Assembly (NCBI GenBank): GCA_038214755.1
Contig: JBBQRQ010000012.1
Coordinates: forward strand, 10,242-74,241
DNA length: 64,000 nt
From: Verrucomicrobiota bacterium
GTDB lineage: Bacteria > Verrucomicrobiota > Verrucomicrobiia > Limisphaerales > CANJXF01
Direction: 5' to 3'
Part shown: positions 47,552 to 58,530 of the stretch, piece by piece
Layout of the letters: every line of letters begins with the position of its first letter
How positions within the stretch are numbered: position 1 is the first letter of the stretch
Translations under genes and position numbers: made by a program
Notes under the pieces: generated by a model
What the model saw: the letters and a program-made list of their open reading frames with translations, nothing else
The model's database searches: none
Told to the model about the DNA's origin: nothing

Positions 47552-47715
47552 GGGGGAGAGCGTAAGGACAAAATACGTAAAACGCAATCCTGCCTTAAAC
47601 CGTAGCTGAGGCAAAACCCGCGCGTGCGGGCATTGAAACGACGTGAACGTCGCGCTCCATCCGCGCTCTCACGAGACGCGGCTACGATTGGTGGCGAGTG
47701 GTTTCGTTTCACAAA

Positions 47716-49575
47716 TTATTTCTTGGGCGGCGGCACGGTCACGTCCAACAAGTCCGGCCTGGCTTTCTCTTCGAGATTGAGCTGGAGAACCTGAGCGTTG
47801 GTCGAGGCGATGATGTATTTGCGCGCGCCGGCGCTGGCTCGCGCGAAAGTTTGCAGATAAAGCCGCTGCGGATAAACAGTCGGCGACGCGGTGAAGGCGG
47901 TAACTTGATTGGTGAATTGTCCGGCGCGCGCGACGGCGGCGGCCACTCGGTTCAATCGATAAATTTCCGCGTCATGAATTTTTCTTTGCGCCTCTGCTTC
48001 CGCCGCCGGCAACGTCTTGGCGCGATAGCCTTGCGCATTTAAAATTCGCCCTTCCTTTTCCTGAGTCGCGCCGACGACTTTTTGAAATTCTTCCGCAACT
48101 TTGACGGGCGGATGAATGTCTTGCAGTCCCACAAATAAAATGTTCACGCCGAGTTCAAGTTCGTTGGCACGCGCCTGGATTTTTTCCCGAAGCTCCTGCG
48201 CCGCCTTGAGCCGGCCACTCGACATAATTTCGATGAGGTCAACGCCGACGAGATAAAGCACAACTTCGCGCGTGGCGATTTTTTCGAGAAGCGCTCCGGC
48301 ATCGGCGTGGTGGTACGACCAGGCTTTCACGTTGCTGATTTGATATTGCACCGGGATGCTGACGGTCAAAAGATTGGCGGGAACATTTTGTTGGCCGGCT
48401 TGATTGGTGGAAAGTTGTTCGCTGCTGGCGACGAGCAAATTGAATTCCTCTTTGTAATGCGGGCGCGTCCAGAGAACGGTTTTCTCCTTATCCAGTTTTT
48501 CATCCGGCACGAATCCGATGTTGAACGTCTGCACTTCACGAGTGGAAATGCGGTTCACGGAATCAATGGGCCACGGAAATTTGAAGTGAACCCCCGGTTC
48601 GATGGGCGCGGTGGAAATGGGGCGACCGAAGCGCTCGATCAAACCTTGTTCGCCCGTTCCGATGAACATGACGCTTGTGGAAAGAAGTAGCACGACGACT
48701 TGCGCAACGATGATCCAGGCCAGCGCTTTTTCGAGGAAACGATAGAACCAGGTTTCGGAAACTTTGAATCCGAATTGATAATCGAGCGCATGGGCCGCCG
48801 TGGAAAAAACGCCTTCCGGTTGTCCGAGCAAACCGGCCACGCGACTTTCGTAAATCAAACGTTCGGCTTTTCCGCGAACGCGCGGGCGATAAATTTCCAG
48901 AATTAAACTTGCGACCAGTTCGAGCGCGATGAGGCCGAGCAACAAAAGAAAAACTCGCGCCGCATACAAATCAGCGCGGGCGATCCCGCCCCAAACGACC
49001 AAGCCGATGCTCAACGCGACGAGCGCGCAAAGATACGCGCTCAACAAAAGAAAACTGGCGGAGGGGCGAAGGAGACGTTGCTTTTCGATTCGCGCGAGGC
49101 TGGAAGAATATTTTCCAAAGAGAAACAACAGGAGCGCGAACAAACCAAAAATAGAAATGGCAATGGTGGCGCGCCCTTCGATCAGCGGAAGTGGCGCGCG
49201 CAGATTTCTCCATTGCCAATAAATCGCCGCGCCTTGCAGCAGGACGAGGAGCAACGTCAGACCGGGAACGAAGAAGCGCTCAAATTGTTCGCGGGAACGG
49301 CGCGCGGCGAAGGTGTCGGCCTGCGTGGTAAATAAAGATTCGCTGCTTTTGCTTTTGACCAGTTCGTCAAATTCCAATTTTTCCAAACGTTCACGTTCCT
49401 CGAGACGCATTTGAAAATAGCTGACGATGGCGACGAGAAAACCGGTTCCAAAAATGAATGACGCCGCGAGCGCAGAAACGGAATTGAGGAAGCGCGAAAC
49501 CGCCACCGCCACGATGGTTGCGATCAAGAGGATCGCCCAGTTGATCAGTCCGATTTTATGAGGATTTTTTTCCAT
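47716..49575 (-). CDS. polytopic membrane protein with C-terminal SPFH/band-7 domain (619 aa)
   Basis: 8-9 TM N-terminal half; C-terminal region resembles HflK/C-like SPFH. Confidence 0.55.
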   Translation of the reverse strand: MEKNPHKIGLINWAILLIATIVAVAVSRFLNSVSALAASFIFGTGFLVAIVSYFQMRLEERERLEKLEFDELVKSKSSESLFTTQADTFAARRSREQFERFFVPGLTLLLVLLQGAAIYWQWRNLRAPLPLIEGRATIAISIFGLFALLLFLFGKYSSSLARIEKQRLLRPSASFLLLSAYLCALVALSIGLVVWGGIARADLYAARVFLLLLGLIALELVASLILEIYRPRVRGKAERLIYESRVAGLLGQPEGVFSTAAHALDYQFGFKVSETWFYRFLEKALAWIIVAQVVVLLLSTSVMFIGTGEQGLIERFGRPISTAPIEPGVHFKFPWPIDSVNRISTREVQTFNIGFVPDEKLDKEKTVLWTRPHYKEEFNLLVASSEQLSTNQAGQQNVPANLLTVSIPVQYQISNVKAWSYHHADAGALLEKIATREVVLYLVGVDLIEIMSSGRLKAAQELREKIQARANELELGVNILFVGLQDIHPPVKVAEEFQKVVGATQEKEGRILNAQGYRAKTLPAAEAEAQRKIHDAEIYRLNRVAAAVARAGQFTNQVTAFTASPTVYPQRLYLQTFARASAGARKYIIASTNAQVLQLNLEEKARPDLLDVTVPPPKK

Positions 49576-49580
49576 CGAAG

Positions 49581-50540
49581 TTACGTTAATTCGCGATCTT
49601 CAAACAACGCCAGCGCCAGAGCGAGCGCGGCGCCGACGTATCCCGCCATGTAGGCGAACGCTTTTCCGAGATAGACGAGCGGAAACTTTTTGCCGCTCTC
49701 GAGAACATCGGCGAGCCAAAACAATTGCCAATTCGGTGTGACCGCGTAAATCGTCGTCGCCCACCAGGAACCCGCTTCGGCGCGGCGGCCAAATAAATAA
49801 TCCGACATCAAGCCGAGCAAAAATAATGCGGAACAAATGGCGAGAGTTGGAATGACTTCGAGACGCGTCGAACAAGCCAACGCCAGCGCGGCGAGAATCC
49901 AAAGCGCGAATAACAGCAGGACAGAAGCGGGAACCATTCGCCAATCGATGCCGGTGTAAGTTTCGTTGGGCGAAACATTTTTTTTCATGAAATAAATTAC
50001 GATGAAGGCCAGCGTCAATGTCACGACCACACTGAAAACCGCATCGGCCATGAACGGTCGGCGCAAAAAAAAGTTCGTGAAACCGGCGATGAGATAAGCC
50101 GCCAGGAGACCCGCGCTAAAAACGCCCAGCGCCGGAAAATCCACTCCGCCATAAGCGTCGAAGGCCATGCGAGAGGCGAACAGCGCGGCAATTAAATTCA
50201 CGTAGGTCAGCACGGCCAGTGCGAGGGCAACTCCGACAAATTTCGCAAGAAGAAATTGCGCGCGTCCGACTGGTTTCGACAAAACGGCGAGAGCAGTGCC
50301 AGTACGAATTTCCCGAGCGAGCGAAGCCGATGCGCTTAACACCGCCGCGAACAACCCCGCCAGAAACATGACTGCGAGCACACTGTTTTTCACCAGCTTC
50401 GGCTCGTCGCCAAAACCGAAATAATTGATGCACGAAAGAAAAACTTCAAACGAAGCGGACGCCGTCATGAGCAGCAAAAAAATGGGCTGCCGAATCAATT
50501 CCATGAAGGCATTGGTCGCGATAGTGATGAATTGTCGCAT
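49581..50540 (-). CDS. ABC-2-type permease-like integral membrane protein (319 aa)
   Basis: 6-7 TM; operonic with SPFH-membrane gene (6 nt gap). Confidence 0.5.
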   Translation of the reverse strand: MRQFITIATNAFMELIRQPIFLLLMTASASFEVFLSCINYFGFGDEPKLVKNSVLAVMFLAGLFAAVLSASASLAREIRTGTALAVLSKPVGRAQFLLAKFVGVALALAVLTYVNLIAALFASRMAFDAYGGVDFPALGVFSAGLLAAYLIAGFTNFFLRRPFMADAVFSVVVTLTLAFIVIYFMKKNVSPNETYTGIDWRMVPASVLLLFALWILAALALACSTRLEVIPTLAICSALFLLGLMSDYLFGRRAEAGSWWATTIYAVTPNWQLFWLADVLESGKKFPLVYLGKAFAYMAGYVGAALALALALFEDRELT

Positions 50541-50717
50541 TGGTTTGGTCGCGAAGATTACGTTTCCGAAACGCGCTTGCCAATGGCAAATCTGCGGGCG
50601 TGGTATTCAGACATCGGAATGGAAAAGAGATTCAAAATTCACGGCGGGCTTTGGAGGTCGCGGTGACCTTAAAGTTTCGCGCGGAAGGATTGCCATTCTT
50701 TTGGTTTCAAGTATTTT

Positions 50718-50936
50718 TTGCCCGTGAGCACTGCGGAAAAAATCTTTCTCAAAGCTCAACTTCTGCCGGACACGGTGCAACAAACTGTTTTGCGCATGGT
50801 GGAACGACTTTCCGAAAATCCTGATTTGGAAGAACAAGACTGGGCAAAATTTTCTTTCGCTTCCGCGATGCAGGGAATGGAAGACGAAGACTGGTCTGAC
50901 TTAACCAACTCGAAGAGTTTTGAAAAATGGCAATAG
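50718..50936 (+). CDS. antitoxin candidate (72 aa, acidic C-terminus) upstream of MazF-like gene
   Basis: 10-nt overlap with toxin gene. Confidence 0.45.
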   Translation: MPVSTAEKIFLKAQLLPDTVQQTVLRMVERLSENPDLEEQDWAKFSFASAMQGMEDEDWSDLTNSKSFEKWQ

Positions 50937-51277
50937 CCGCTGGCCAAATCGCGCTGGCGCGTTTTCCGCAAGCGGATTTGGAAATCGGGAAAACGCGCCC
51001 CGTTTTGTTAATCACTTCGGCTCCCGGAAATTATAACGACTGGCTGGTCTGTATGCTGTCTTCACAACTGCACCAGGCAGTTCCTGAGTTCGATGAAATT
51101 CTAACACCTTCGCAAAACGATTATCGGCTCTCCGGTTTGAATAAGCCCAGCGTTTTACGCATCAGCCGACTGGCTGTGATTAACGCAACGCAACTGTTGG
51201 GCAAAGTTGGCCAAATCGATGCGGAAAGATTGCGGCGAGTGCGGGAAAAAATTTCTGCCTGGATTTCACCTTCCTGA
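50927..51277 (+). CDS. MazF/PemK family endoribonuclease toxin
   Basis: LEIGKTRPVLLITS motif. Confidence 0.7.
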   Translation: MAIAAGQIALARFPQADLEIGKTRPVLLITSAPGNYNDWLVCMLSSQLHQAVPEFDEILTPSQNDYRLSGLNKPSVLRISRLAVINATQLLGKVGQIDAERLRRVREKISAWISPS

Positions 51278-52231
51278 CACGTCATTTCTCATCCCCTCCA
51301 TCACCACGCGGGCGACAGTGGAAATTATTTCGCGTTCGTTGGCGTGATTGACGGTGAAGGTGACGAGGACAAATTTTTCGCCGCTCGGCAACTTGATGTA
51401 GGCCGCGTCGTGGCGCGTCTCGCTGGTCCAACCGGCTTTCGACCAAAGTCTGGCTCCAGTCGGCAACGCGAGACCGGTGAATCCGTGCGCCTGGTCATCG
51501 GCGTTGGTGGATTTCGAAAACGGATCGCGCTTCAACAACTCCATCATTTCATCCGAGCGTTTTGCGGAAATGGATTTGCGCGTGACGATTTCCGTGAGCA
51601 ATCGCGCCGTCGCATCGGTCGTGAGCCAATTGCGTTTGGGCGTGAACAGTTTGATCGCTTGCGTCTCGCGGCCATACGGACCGTCGCCCCACGGTTTTTT
51701 GTTCACGTTGATGTTGGTGTAGCCGAGCGACGTGAAGTAGCGGTTCACCGCGTTTCGTTTGTCATGCCATTCCTCGATCTCCGTCTGCGAAAGTTCCGGG
51801 CCGCTCGTCGTGCCGGTGAGCAGATCGACGATGTAATGCGTCGGTTCGTTGCCGGAATCGACGATCATGTCGCGCATGGCGCGGCGCAATTCCTCGGTGT
51901 CTTGAAGTTTGCCGTCTTCCATCCAGCGATGCGCGGCGACGAGGTAAAAAAGTTTGATGACACTGGCCGGATAAATCTGTTCGCCGCCGCGATAGCTGGC
52001 TTGAACCGGTTTTTCTACGTCGTGCAAATCAATCAGCGTCACGGCGAGTTCGTTCGTGCCGAGTTTTTTGTCCGTGAACTTTTTCCACGCGGTTTGAACA
52101 GCGGAATCAACGACGCTTTGCAATTTCTCGGAATGCGCGGGATTCCAGGAACTCTTCGGTTCGGCCTGGACGGTTTTCGTGAACACGAGGGAAGTTAATA
52201 ATAAAGTCAGGAGGAAATGGGGAGTGCGCAT
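51266..52231 (-). CDS. class A beta-lactamase-related serine hydrolase (secreted)
   Basis: S-x-x-K (SVIK), SGN, KAGWTS motifs; signal peptide. Confidence 0.7.
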   Translation of the reverse strand: MRTPHFLLTLLLTSLVFTKTVQAEPKSSWNPAHSEKLQSVVDSAVQTAWKKFTDKKLGTNELAVTLIDLHDVEKPVQASYRGGEQIYPASVIKLFYLVAAHRWMEDGKLQDTEELRRAMRDMIVDSGNEPTHYIVDLLTGTTSGPELSQTEIEEWHDKRNAVNRYFTSLGYTNINVNKKPWGDGPYGRETQAIKLFTPKRNWLTTDATARLLTEIVTRKSISAKRSDEMMELLKRDPFSKSTNADDQAHGFTGLALPTGARLWSKAGWTSETRHDAAYIKLPSGEKFVLVTFTVNHANEREIISTVARVVMEGMRNDVSGR

Positions 52232-52248
52232 TTGGAATTATTTGAAGT

Positions 52249-52560
52249 TCATTGCCCGTGGCTGACTCTCACAATTTTGCCATCACCTTTCGCAATTTCT
52301 GCAATCGCCACGCCGCCCAAACCAGTGCCGTGAAATGTACCCTCGACAGTCCAAATGCCGTTTTTGAGAGATGTTCGATAAGGCAATATGCTCCTCGCCA
52401 TAAATCGGCTCCCATACGGCGACAGCAACTCGCGTGGCGGTCTTGGCGTCAGGAACAAAACCTTCCTTGGGCTTGGCAGAGTGCTTCTCAGTATCAGCGG
52501 CAAATGCAACCGCAATGGAGAAAGTTAAAATACAGATAGCAGTAAAAATTCGGCTTTTCA
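52249..52560 (-). pseudogene. small secreted NTF2-like protein, apparent frameshift near 52395-52410 (N-half in ORF 52283..52600 frame, C-half in ORF 52249..52515 frame)
   Basis: signal peptide MKSRIFTAICILTFSIAVAFA in one frame; GIWTVEGTFHGTGLGG C-terminus in the other. Confidence 0.35.
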
Positions 52561-52626
52561 TACGCGTTTGTTGTGTTGTTTGTTGAACGCTAAATCCCAT
52601 TTCTCCACCCGTCTAGAATGCTTTTT

Positions 52627-53211
52627 TCAAGTCGTTTTCCCTCGTTTCAAAAACCGCATCACCGTATCGCCGTGCTTGAGCATCTTGGTTTCTTCCCAGA
52701 TTTTCGGCAAGGCCAGCGTGTCGCGTTTGGTGTGGCCCAAAATAAACAGGCCGTTTTCCGCGAGCAATTGCGGAAGCGATTCGTCCTCGAGCATTTTCTG
52801 CGCGAAAGAAGTGGAGCGACGCCCGACATTTTTTTCGCCGTAAGGAGGATCGGCGAGGATGAGATTAAATTTTTCGCCCGCCGCCGTGAGTTGCGCGAGT
52901 CCGATGAACGCGTCCTGCACGCGAATCTGCATTTGCGCCGGAGAAAAATTCGCTGCATCGAGATTTTCGCGAATGAACTGCGCGTGTTTGCCGGATTTTT
53001 CGATGCAATGCGCCTGCGTCGCCCCGCGACTCAAACATTCCAAACTCAGAGCGCCCGTTCCGGCAAACACTTCCAAAACTTTCGCGCCAACGACGCGTTG
53101 GCCAAGGCTGTTGAAAATCGCCTGCCGCACCAAATCGGGCGTGGGCCGAACATCAAAACCTTTCGGCACTTTCAGAATCGTTCCCGCCGCTGTTCCGCCA
53201 ATGATGCGCAT
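52627..53211 (-). CDS. rsmD: 16S rRNA (guanine966-N2)-methyltransferase RsmD
   Basis: DPPY motif, VLEVFAGTGALSLE. Confidence 0.85.
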   Translation of the reverse strand: MRIIGGTAAGTILKVPKGFDVRPTPDLVRQAIFNSLGQRVVGAKVLEVFAGTGALSLECLSRGATQAHCIEKSGKHAQFIRENLDAANFSPAQMQIRVQDAFIGLAQLTAAGEKFNLILADPPYGEKNVGRRSTSFAQKMLEDESLPQLLAENGLFILGHTKRDTLALPKIWEETKMLKHGDTVMRFLKRGKTT

Positions 53212-53223
53212 GATTATTTAAAG

Positions 53224-53275
53224 CATGGGAGCGCACGCGTCTCGCGTGCAGGTTCGGGCGTCGCGCCCGAACCTT
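53224..53275. repeat. double-hairpin element (gcacgcg-tctc-gcgtgc; gttcgggcg-tc-gcgcccgaac); inverted copy at 13698-13750
   Basis: seen directly. Confidence 0.85.
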
Positions 53276-53367
53276 CGTTGCACAAACTTCTTCGGTTGAT
53301 TACGAACAGATAAAGTCAGCGGAACGAAGTTTTCGGCGCTCCCCATTCGCAGAATTATGGCGAAACT

Positions 53368-54576
53368 TCATTTGAGTTTGAATGGCTCGGTGCCTTCGCT
53401 GAGGATTTTGAGATGCGGTTCGTAGGCGAATAATTGATTGCGCTGTCGTCCTGAAATTTCGCGGACAATCTTAAGTTCCTGCATGCGGCTGAGAGCTGTC
53501 TTGACGGTTTGAAAACTTAAATCCAAAGAGGCGGATGCTTTGGAAATCGAAGTAATCGGATTGGCTTGCAGAAAATAATGCACGCGTAGAACCGAGCCTG
53601 CGGCCAGTCCCAGTTTTTGGATGCGTTGCTGGTCTTTCTTAAACAGATCCAACAAGCGTTTTGAAGTTTGCACAACTTGAGCGGCGGTTTCGTGAATGCC
53701 AGTTAAAAAAAATCGAATCCAATTTTCCCAATCGCCCTTCAAGCGAACCTCCTGCAATAAGTCATAGTATTTAGCGCGATGGGTTTTGAAATAAAGGCTC
53801 AGATAAAGCATGGGCTGGCTCAATTCACCTTCAGCGCACATGAGAAAAGTGATCAAGAGTCGTCCGAGCCGCCCGTTGCCATCGAGAAATGGATGGATCG
53901 TTTCAAATTGAACGTGAGCCAGCGCTGCTTTGATGAGAACGGACGTTTTGACGGGGCGATCGTGCAAAAAATTTTCGAGCGCACCCATGCATTCGATGAC
54001 TTGATCGGGCGGCACAGGAACAAAAGCGGCGTTACCGGGACGAGTTCCGCCAATCCAGTTTTGCGAGCGTTTGAATTCGCCGGGTTCCTTTTCGCTGCCA
54101 CGACCTTTGTTTAGAAGCACGTTGTGAATTTCCCGAATCAATCGCAACGAAAGCGGTTCGCCCCCCTGCAATTTTTTAAGGCCGAAATTCATGGCGGCGA
54201 CATAATTGGAAACTTCCTGCACGTCGTTTAAAGGAACGCCCGGCATTTCTTTGCTTTCAAAAAGCAACAGGTCTGAGAGCGAAGACTGCGTCCCTTCAAT
54301 TTGCGATGAGAGGACAGCTTCCTTTCGGACGTACATGTAAAGAAAAAGCTCCGGGTCAGGCAGTAAAGCGGTGACGCCATCCAGTCGTCCGAGAGCAATC
54401 GTGGCTTTGTGTAGTAAATCCTGCAATTCCTCATCCATTTCCAAAGCAGGAGAAGGCGGCAAAGGGTGCGGAACAAAGGCTTTGCACGATTCTCCAAAAG
54501 AAGACACTGGCAGATAATATCCTGTAAGCCCGCGTTTCATTGGCTGAACCTTAATTAAAGAATTTAAATTAGCCAA
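53368..54576 (-). CDS. Fic family protein (Fic_N + Fic + C-terminal wHTH)
   Basis: HPFLDGNGRLGRLL catalytic motif. Confidence 0.85.
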   Translation of the reverse strand: MANLNSLIKVQPMKRGLTGYYLPVSSFGESCKAFVPHPLPPSPALEMDEELQDLLHKATIALGRLDGVTALLPDPELFLYMYVRKEAVLSSQIEGTQSSLSDLLLFESKEMPGVPLNDVQEVSNYVAAMNFGLKKLQGGEPLSLRLIREIHNVLLNKGRGSEKEPGEFKRSQNWIGGTRPGNAAFVPVPPDQVIECMGALENFLHDRPVKTSVLIKAALAHVQFETIHPFLDGNGRLGRLLITFLMCAEGELSQPMLYLSLYFKTHRAKYYDLLQEVRLKGDWENWIRFFLTGIHETAAQVVQTSKRLLDLFKKDQQRIQKLGLAAGSVLRVHYFLQANPITSISKASASLDLSFQTVKTALSRMQELKIVREISGRQRNQLFAYEPHLKILSEGTEPFKLK

Positions 54577-54639
54577 TCGTTATTTAAAAATGGGCGGCTC
54601 TTTTTAAATAATAAATTCGTTATTTAAATCCTTTAAATA

Positions 54640-54672
54640 ACAAAACGGCGACTCGGAAGCCGAATCGCCGTT
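54640..54672 (-). terminator. rho-independent terminator for gap (hairpin aacggcgattcgg.../...ccgagtcgccgtt + TTTT on minus strand)
   Basis: seen directly. Confidence 0.6.
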
Positions 54673-54696
54673 TCGAGAAATGCTTTTAGAGAAAAC

Positions 54697-55758
<1,062 letters not shown>

Positions 55759-55944
55759 TTAAATCCCAAAATAATTCGAGGCGTGAATGTAGCCGCGACC
55801 GATGAAGCGTCAACGAAGAATTCCATTTTAGGAGAGACGCAACGGGGAGAAATGAAAAATTTTGCTGAGGAATCTGTAATAAGAAAAACTTGAGTCGCGG
55901 TCGATCGGGAATTTATCAGGTCTCCAACCGAAATCCGCCTATCC

Positions 55945-56027
55945 ATGTCACCGGAGCGCAGAGCATTGCTCTGCGCGTTTCCAAATCGCGCACCGAGCAG
56001 AGCAATGCTCTGCGCTCCGGTGACATG
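55945..56027. repeat. 34-bp inverted arms (catgtcaccggagcgcagagcattgctctgcgcg, 1 mismatch) with 15-nt spacer; each arm contains the internal palindrome gagcgcagagcaWtgctctgcgctc
   Basis: seen directly. Confidence 0.9.
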
Positions 56028-56116
56028 GGCACGATGCCCGGTCATTTGCCGTGGGGTTCTCCTCACGTCGGCGGCTACGCGAGTGGGGGTCGAAACCCTT
56101 CCGCAGACAAAAGAAA

Positions 56117-56782
56117 TTATTCGAGAACGGCCAATTTCGATTCCGCTTTCCACGGAGAATTCAAAGCCCCGCGCCAAAAGGATAAACCGATGTCGTTTAA
56201 AAGCGCGTAGTGATTATCCATTTTTTCCCCTCTCTTAACCGGCGCAGTCAGTTTGAGTTCCACTTCGGCGCTGGGAAACGAGACATAGACGACTCTGGAG
56301 ACAGAAGTGAATCCGTTGACGCTGCGTTTGAGGTCGAAGGCTGGACAACTCGCCCCGGCGGTGGAGGTGGTGAACTCTTCCACGATTTCTGCGCCAGGAT
56401 TAGCGGCCAGCACCCGTTGCCGCAAAGAAGCGGGCGCGGGCTTGTCCTCCGAGATTTGCATTTGGATGGCGCAACTATTGTCGGATTTATAAAGAAGAAT
56501 CGTTTTGTGTTCGGCATCGACTCGCGCCTTGAGGTCCTTCGGCAGAACGAAGGAAAATTTATTGGTCTCAGTCGTCACCAGGCAAAGGGTCGTCTTGGGA
56601 GACTTGGCCGCGCTTCTTTCCGAGAGAATCATTTTGAAAACCGGCGCGGTGCGGGATTCTGGCGGGGCCGATTTCAGCGTCAATGATAACGACAGGTTCA
56701 CCGCGAGCAGCGCGAAGCAGGTGATACGGACGCGAAGGTGGCTATGGCTCGATCTGCCAACCTTAGAACGATGTTTGAACAT
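56117..56782 (-). CDS. hypothetical secreted protein at end of pseudopilin cluster
   Basis: start MFKHRSKVGRSSHSHLRVRITCFALLAV chosen; alternative starts possible. Confidence 0.35.
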   Translation of the reverse strand: MFKHRSKVGRSSHSHLRVRITCFALLAVNLSLSLTLKSAPPESRTAPVFKMILSERSAAKSPKTTLCLVTTETNKFSFVLPKDLKARVDAEHKTILLYKSDNSCAIQMQISEDKPAPASLRQRVLAANPGAEIVEEFTTSTAGASCPAFDLKRSVNGFTSVSRVVYVSFPSAEVELKLTAPVKRGEKMDNHYALLNDIGLSFWRGALNSPWKAESKLAVLE

Positions 56783-58520
56783 AGTTGATGGTATTGATCG
56801 GCGGGTTCTTCCAATCGGTTCGGTAGGGAGCGCGCAACTCTGGCGTGCCCGGAGGAAGGTTCGCCTGAGTCGTAAAATTTTGATCGAAGTTAAAATTTCG
56901 ATTAGGGATGGAATAATACCGTCCCGGTTGTTGAAAGCTGCCGGTCGCCTTGGTGCTATCAAAGAGAACAACGATGGAACCGTTGTAGGTAAGAGTGCGG
57001 TTACTCCAATCTTCCAAAAAACGCGCGACGTTCTGTACTCCTCCGCTATAACGGCTGGGAGAATTGGTCGTAGAAACGATACCGGTCAGCATCGCGGCAT
57101 TGATGGTGGTATCTACGGCGGGGCGGTTAGTATAACTCGCAGTACTATTGGTATCGTTCCAGGACGCGGACAACGCCGTCAGCGCATCGCACACCAGTGA
57201 TGCGGGCCGGGAAGAACTTGTGTTCGTGCTGCCGGGATTGGGAGCGTTGAAATGACCTAGAACGTACAACGGGTTTTCCGTCGCTACGGTTAGCCCGCGC
57301 GTGGGCAATTTTTCTCCGTTGATAATACGGACGGCGGCGAGTTCAGAGCTTGTAACCGTGCGCCGATCAGAAACATAAATGGAATTAAGTTCTTTGCCGG
57401 AAGATCCGAATTTCGACTTCAGGAAAACTCCCATGGTGGGATTGCTTGAACTCCATTTGCCCAGCTTGTCCACGTCGATCTCGGTCACTTTAACAGTCTT
57501 GCCTTCCCGCTGATCGAAGAAGGTCTTATTGGTGGTCATGAAGGTGGCCTGCACAAACGGGATGCTATTGCTGACGTTGGCATACGTGTCCTTCGCCGCA
57601 ACCACCACGCTGTTGTCGAGAACGGAGATGAGCAGATCGGCCTTGTTGTAGTAACGTTGATAACCCAAATCAGAGGTCGGTGACTCACCGGCCGGAGGAA
57701 CGTCGATGATCTGATGAATGTTATTGGTTAGACTTCCGATAGGCAGACTCAGCGGGGCCGCGCCGGATTTCTTCTGATCAGGTTGTATATAAGTCACCGT
57801 CCCTTGTCCGCCCACGCCTGCCGGATCCAAGGGATGCCGCGTCTTCGTAATAGTGCCCACTGCGGTAACTCCGCTCCAATAGGTCAAATCACTGGCCCCG
57901 CCATTCCAGATGTCTCCGTTGGAATGCACCCTTCCGAGGATATTCATCGGCGCGCCTGGATTGACCTCCAAACTCATTCCGTAAAACACCGCAAACTGGA
58001 AGATAGGAATACCGGCCAACTGAACATCCTGCTGCACGGCGCCGCCCACCTGTTGCAATGAATTTACAGGGCGGGCATTGGAAAGGATGCGGTAGTCTGA
58101 GGCATAGCCATTCAACCCCGCATACTTTGCCTGCAAAGCTTTATAGACCGTGTTGGTCATTCGTAAGATATAAGTTCTATCGTTAGTCCCGCGCCCATTG
58201 GAAAAACGGTAGTTGCCCCAGAAAGGATTCTCCGAGCTGGTCGGAACCAAAGTAGAGTAGGTAGCAAAATTATCAGTCACCCGCTGGTCTCCTCCTGCCA
58301 CGTAATCCATCGTGATTCGGCCTAATACCTTTTCGGTAGCGGCTTCGGCGGCGGACACTGAGGTATAGTATTGATTGTTGCGATCGGTGAGTTGGCTGTT
58401 GGTGGAGGTCCACTTCATCACGCTGGTCAGGATAATCATACCGATGCCAGTGAAGAGCATCACCATCATCAAGGTATATCCCGCTCGCCGTGCATTGGGT
58501 GAGCTAAGTGTTATTTTCAT
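56763..58520 (-). CDS. large pilus/pseudopilus-associated protein (585 aa, N-terminal TM anchor)
   Basis: follows two prepilin-type genes; hydrophobic N-terminus MMVMLFTGIGMIILTSV. Confidence 0.5.
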   Translation of the reverse strand: MKITLSSPNARRAGYTLMMVMLFTGIGMIILTSVMKWTSTNSQLTDRNNQYYTSVSAAEAATEKVLGRITMDYVAGGDQRVTDNFATYSTLVPTSSENPFWGNYRFSNGRGTNDRTYILRMTNTVYKALQAKYAGLNGYASDYRILSNARPVNSLQQVGGAVQQDVQLAGIPIFQFAVFYGMSLEVNPGAPMNILGRVHSNGDIWNGGASDLTYWSGVTAVGTITKTRHPLDPAGVGGQGTVTYIQPDQKKSGAAPLSLPIGSLTNNIHQIIDVPPAGESPTSDLGYQRYYNKADLLISVLDNSVVVAAKDTYANVSNSIPFVQATFMTTNKTFFDQREGKTVKVTEIDVDKLGKWSSSNPTMGVFLKSKFGSSGKELNSIYVSDRRTVTSSELAAVRIINGEKLPTRGLTVATENPLYVLGHFNAPNPGSTNTSSSRPASLVCDALTALSASWNDTNSTASYTNRPAVDTTINAAMLTGIVSTTNSPSRYSGGVQNVARFLEDWSNRTLTYNGSIVVLFDSTKATGSFQQPGRYYSIPNRNFNFDQNFTTQANLPPGTPELRAPYRTDWKNPPINTINYVQTSF

Positions 58521-58530
58521 CTGGTTATTT

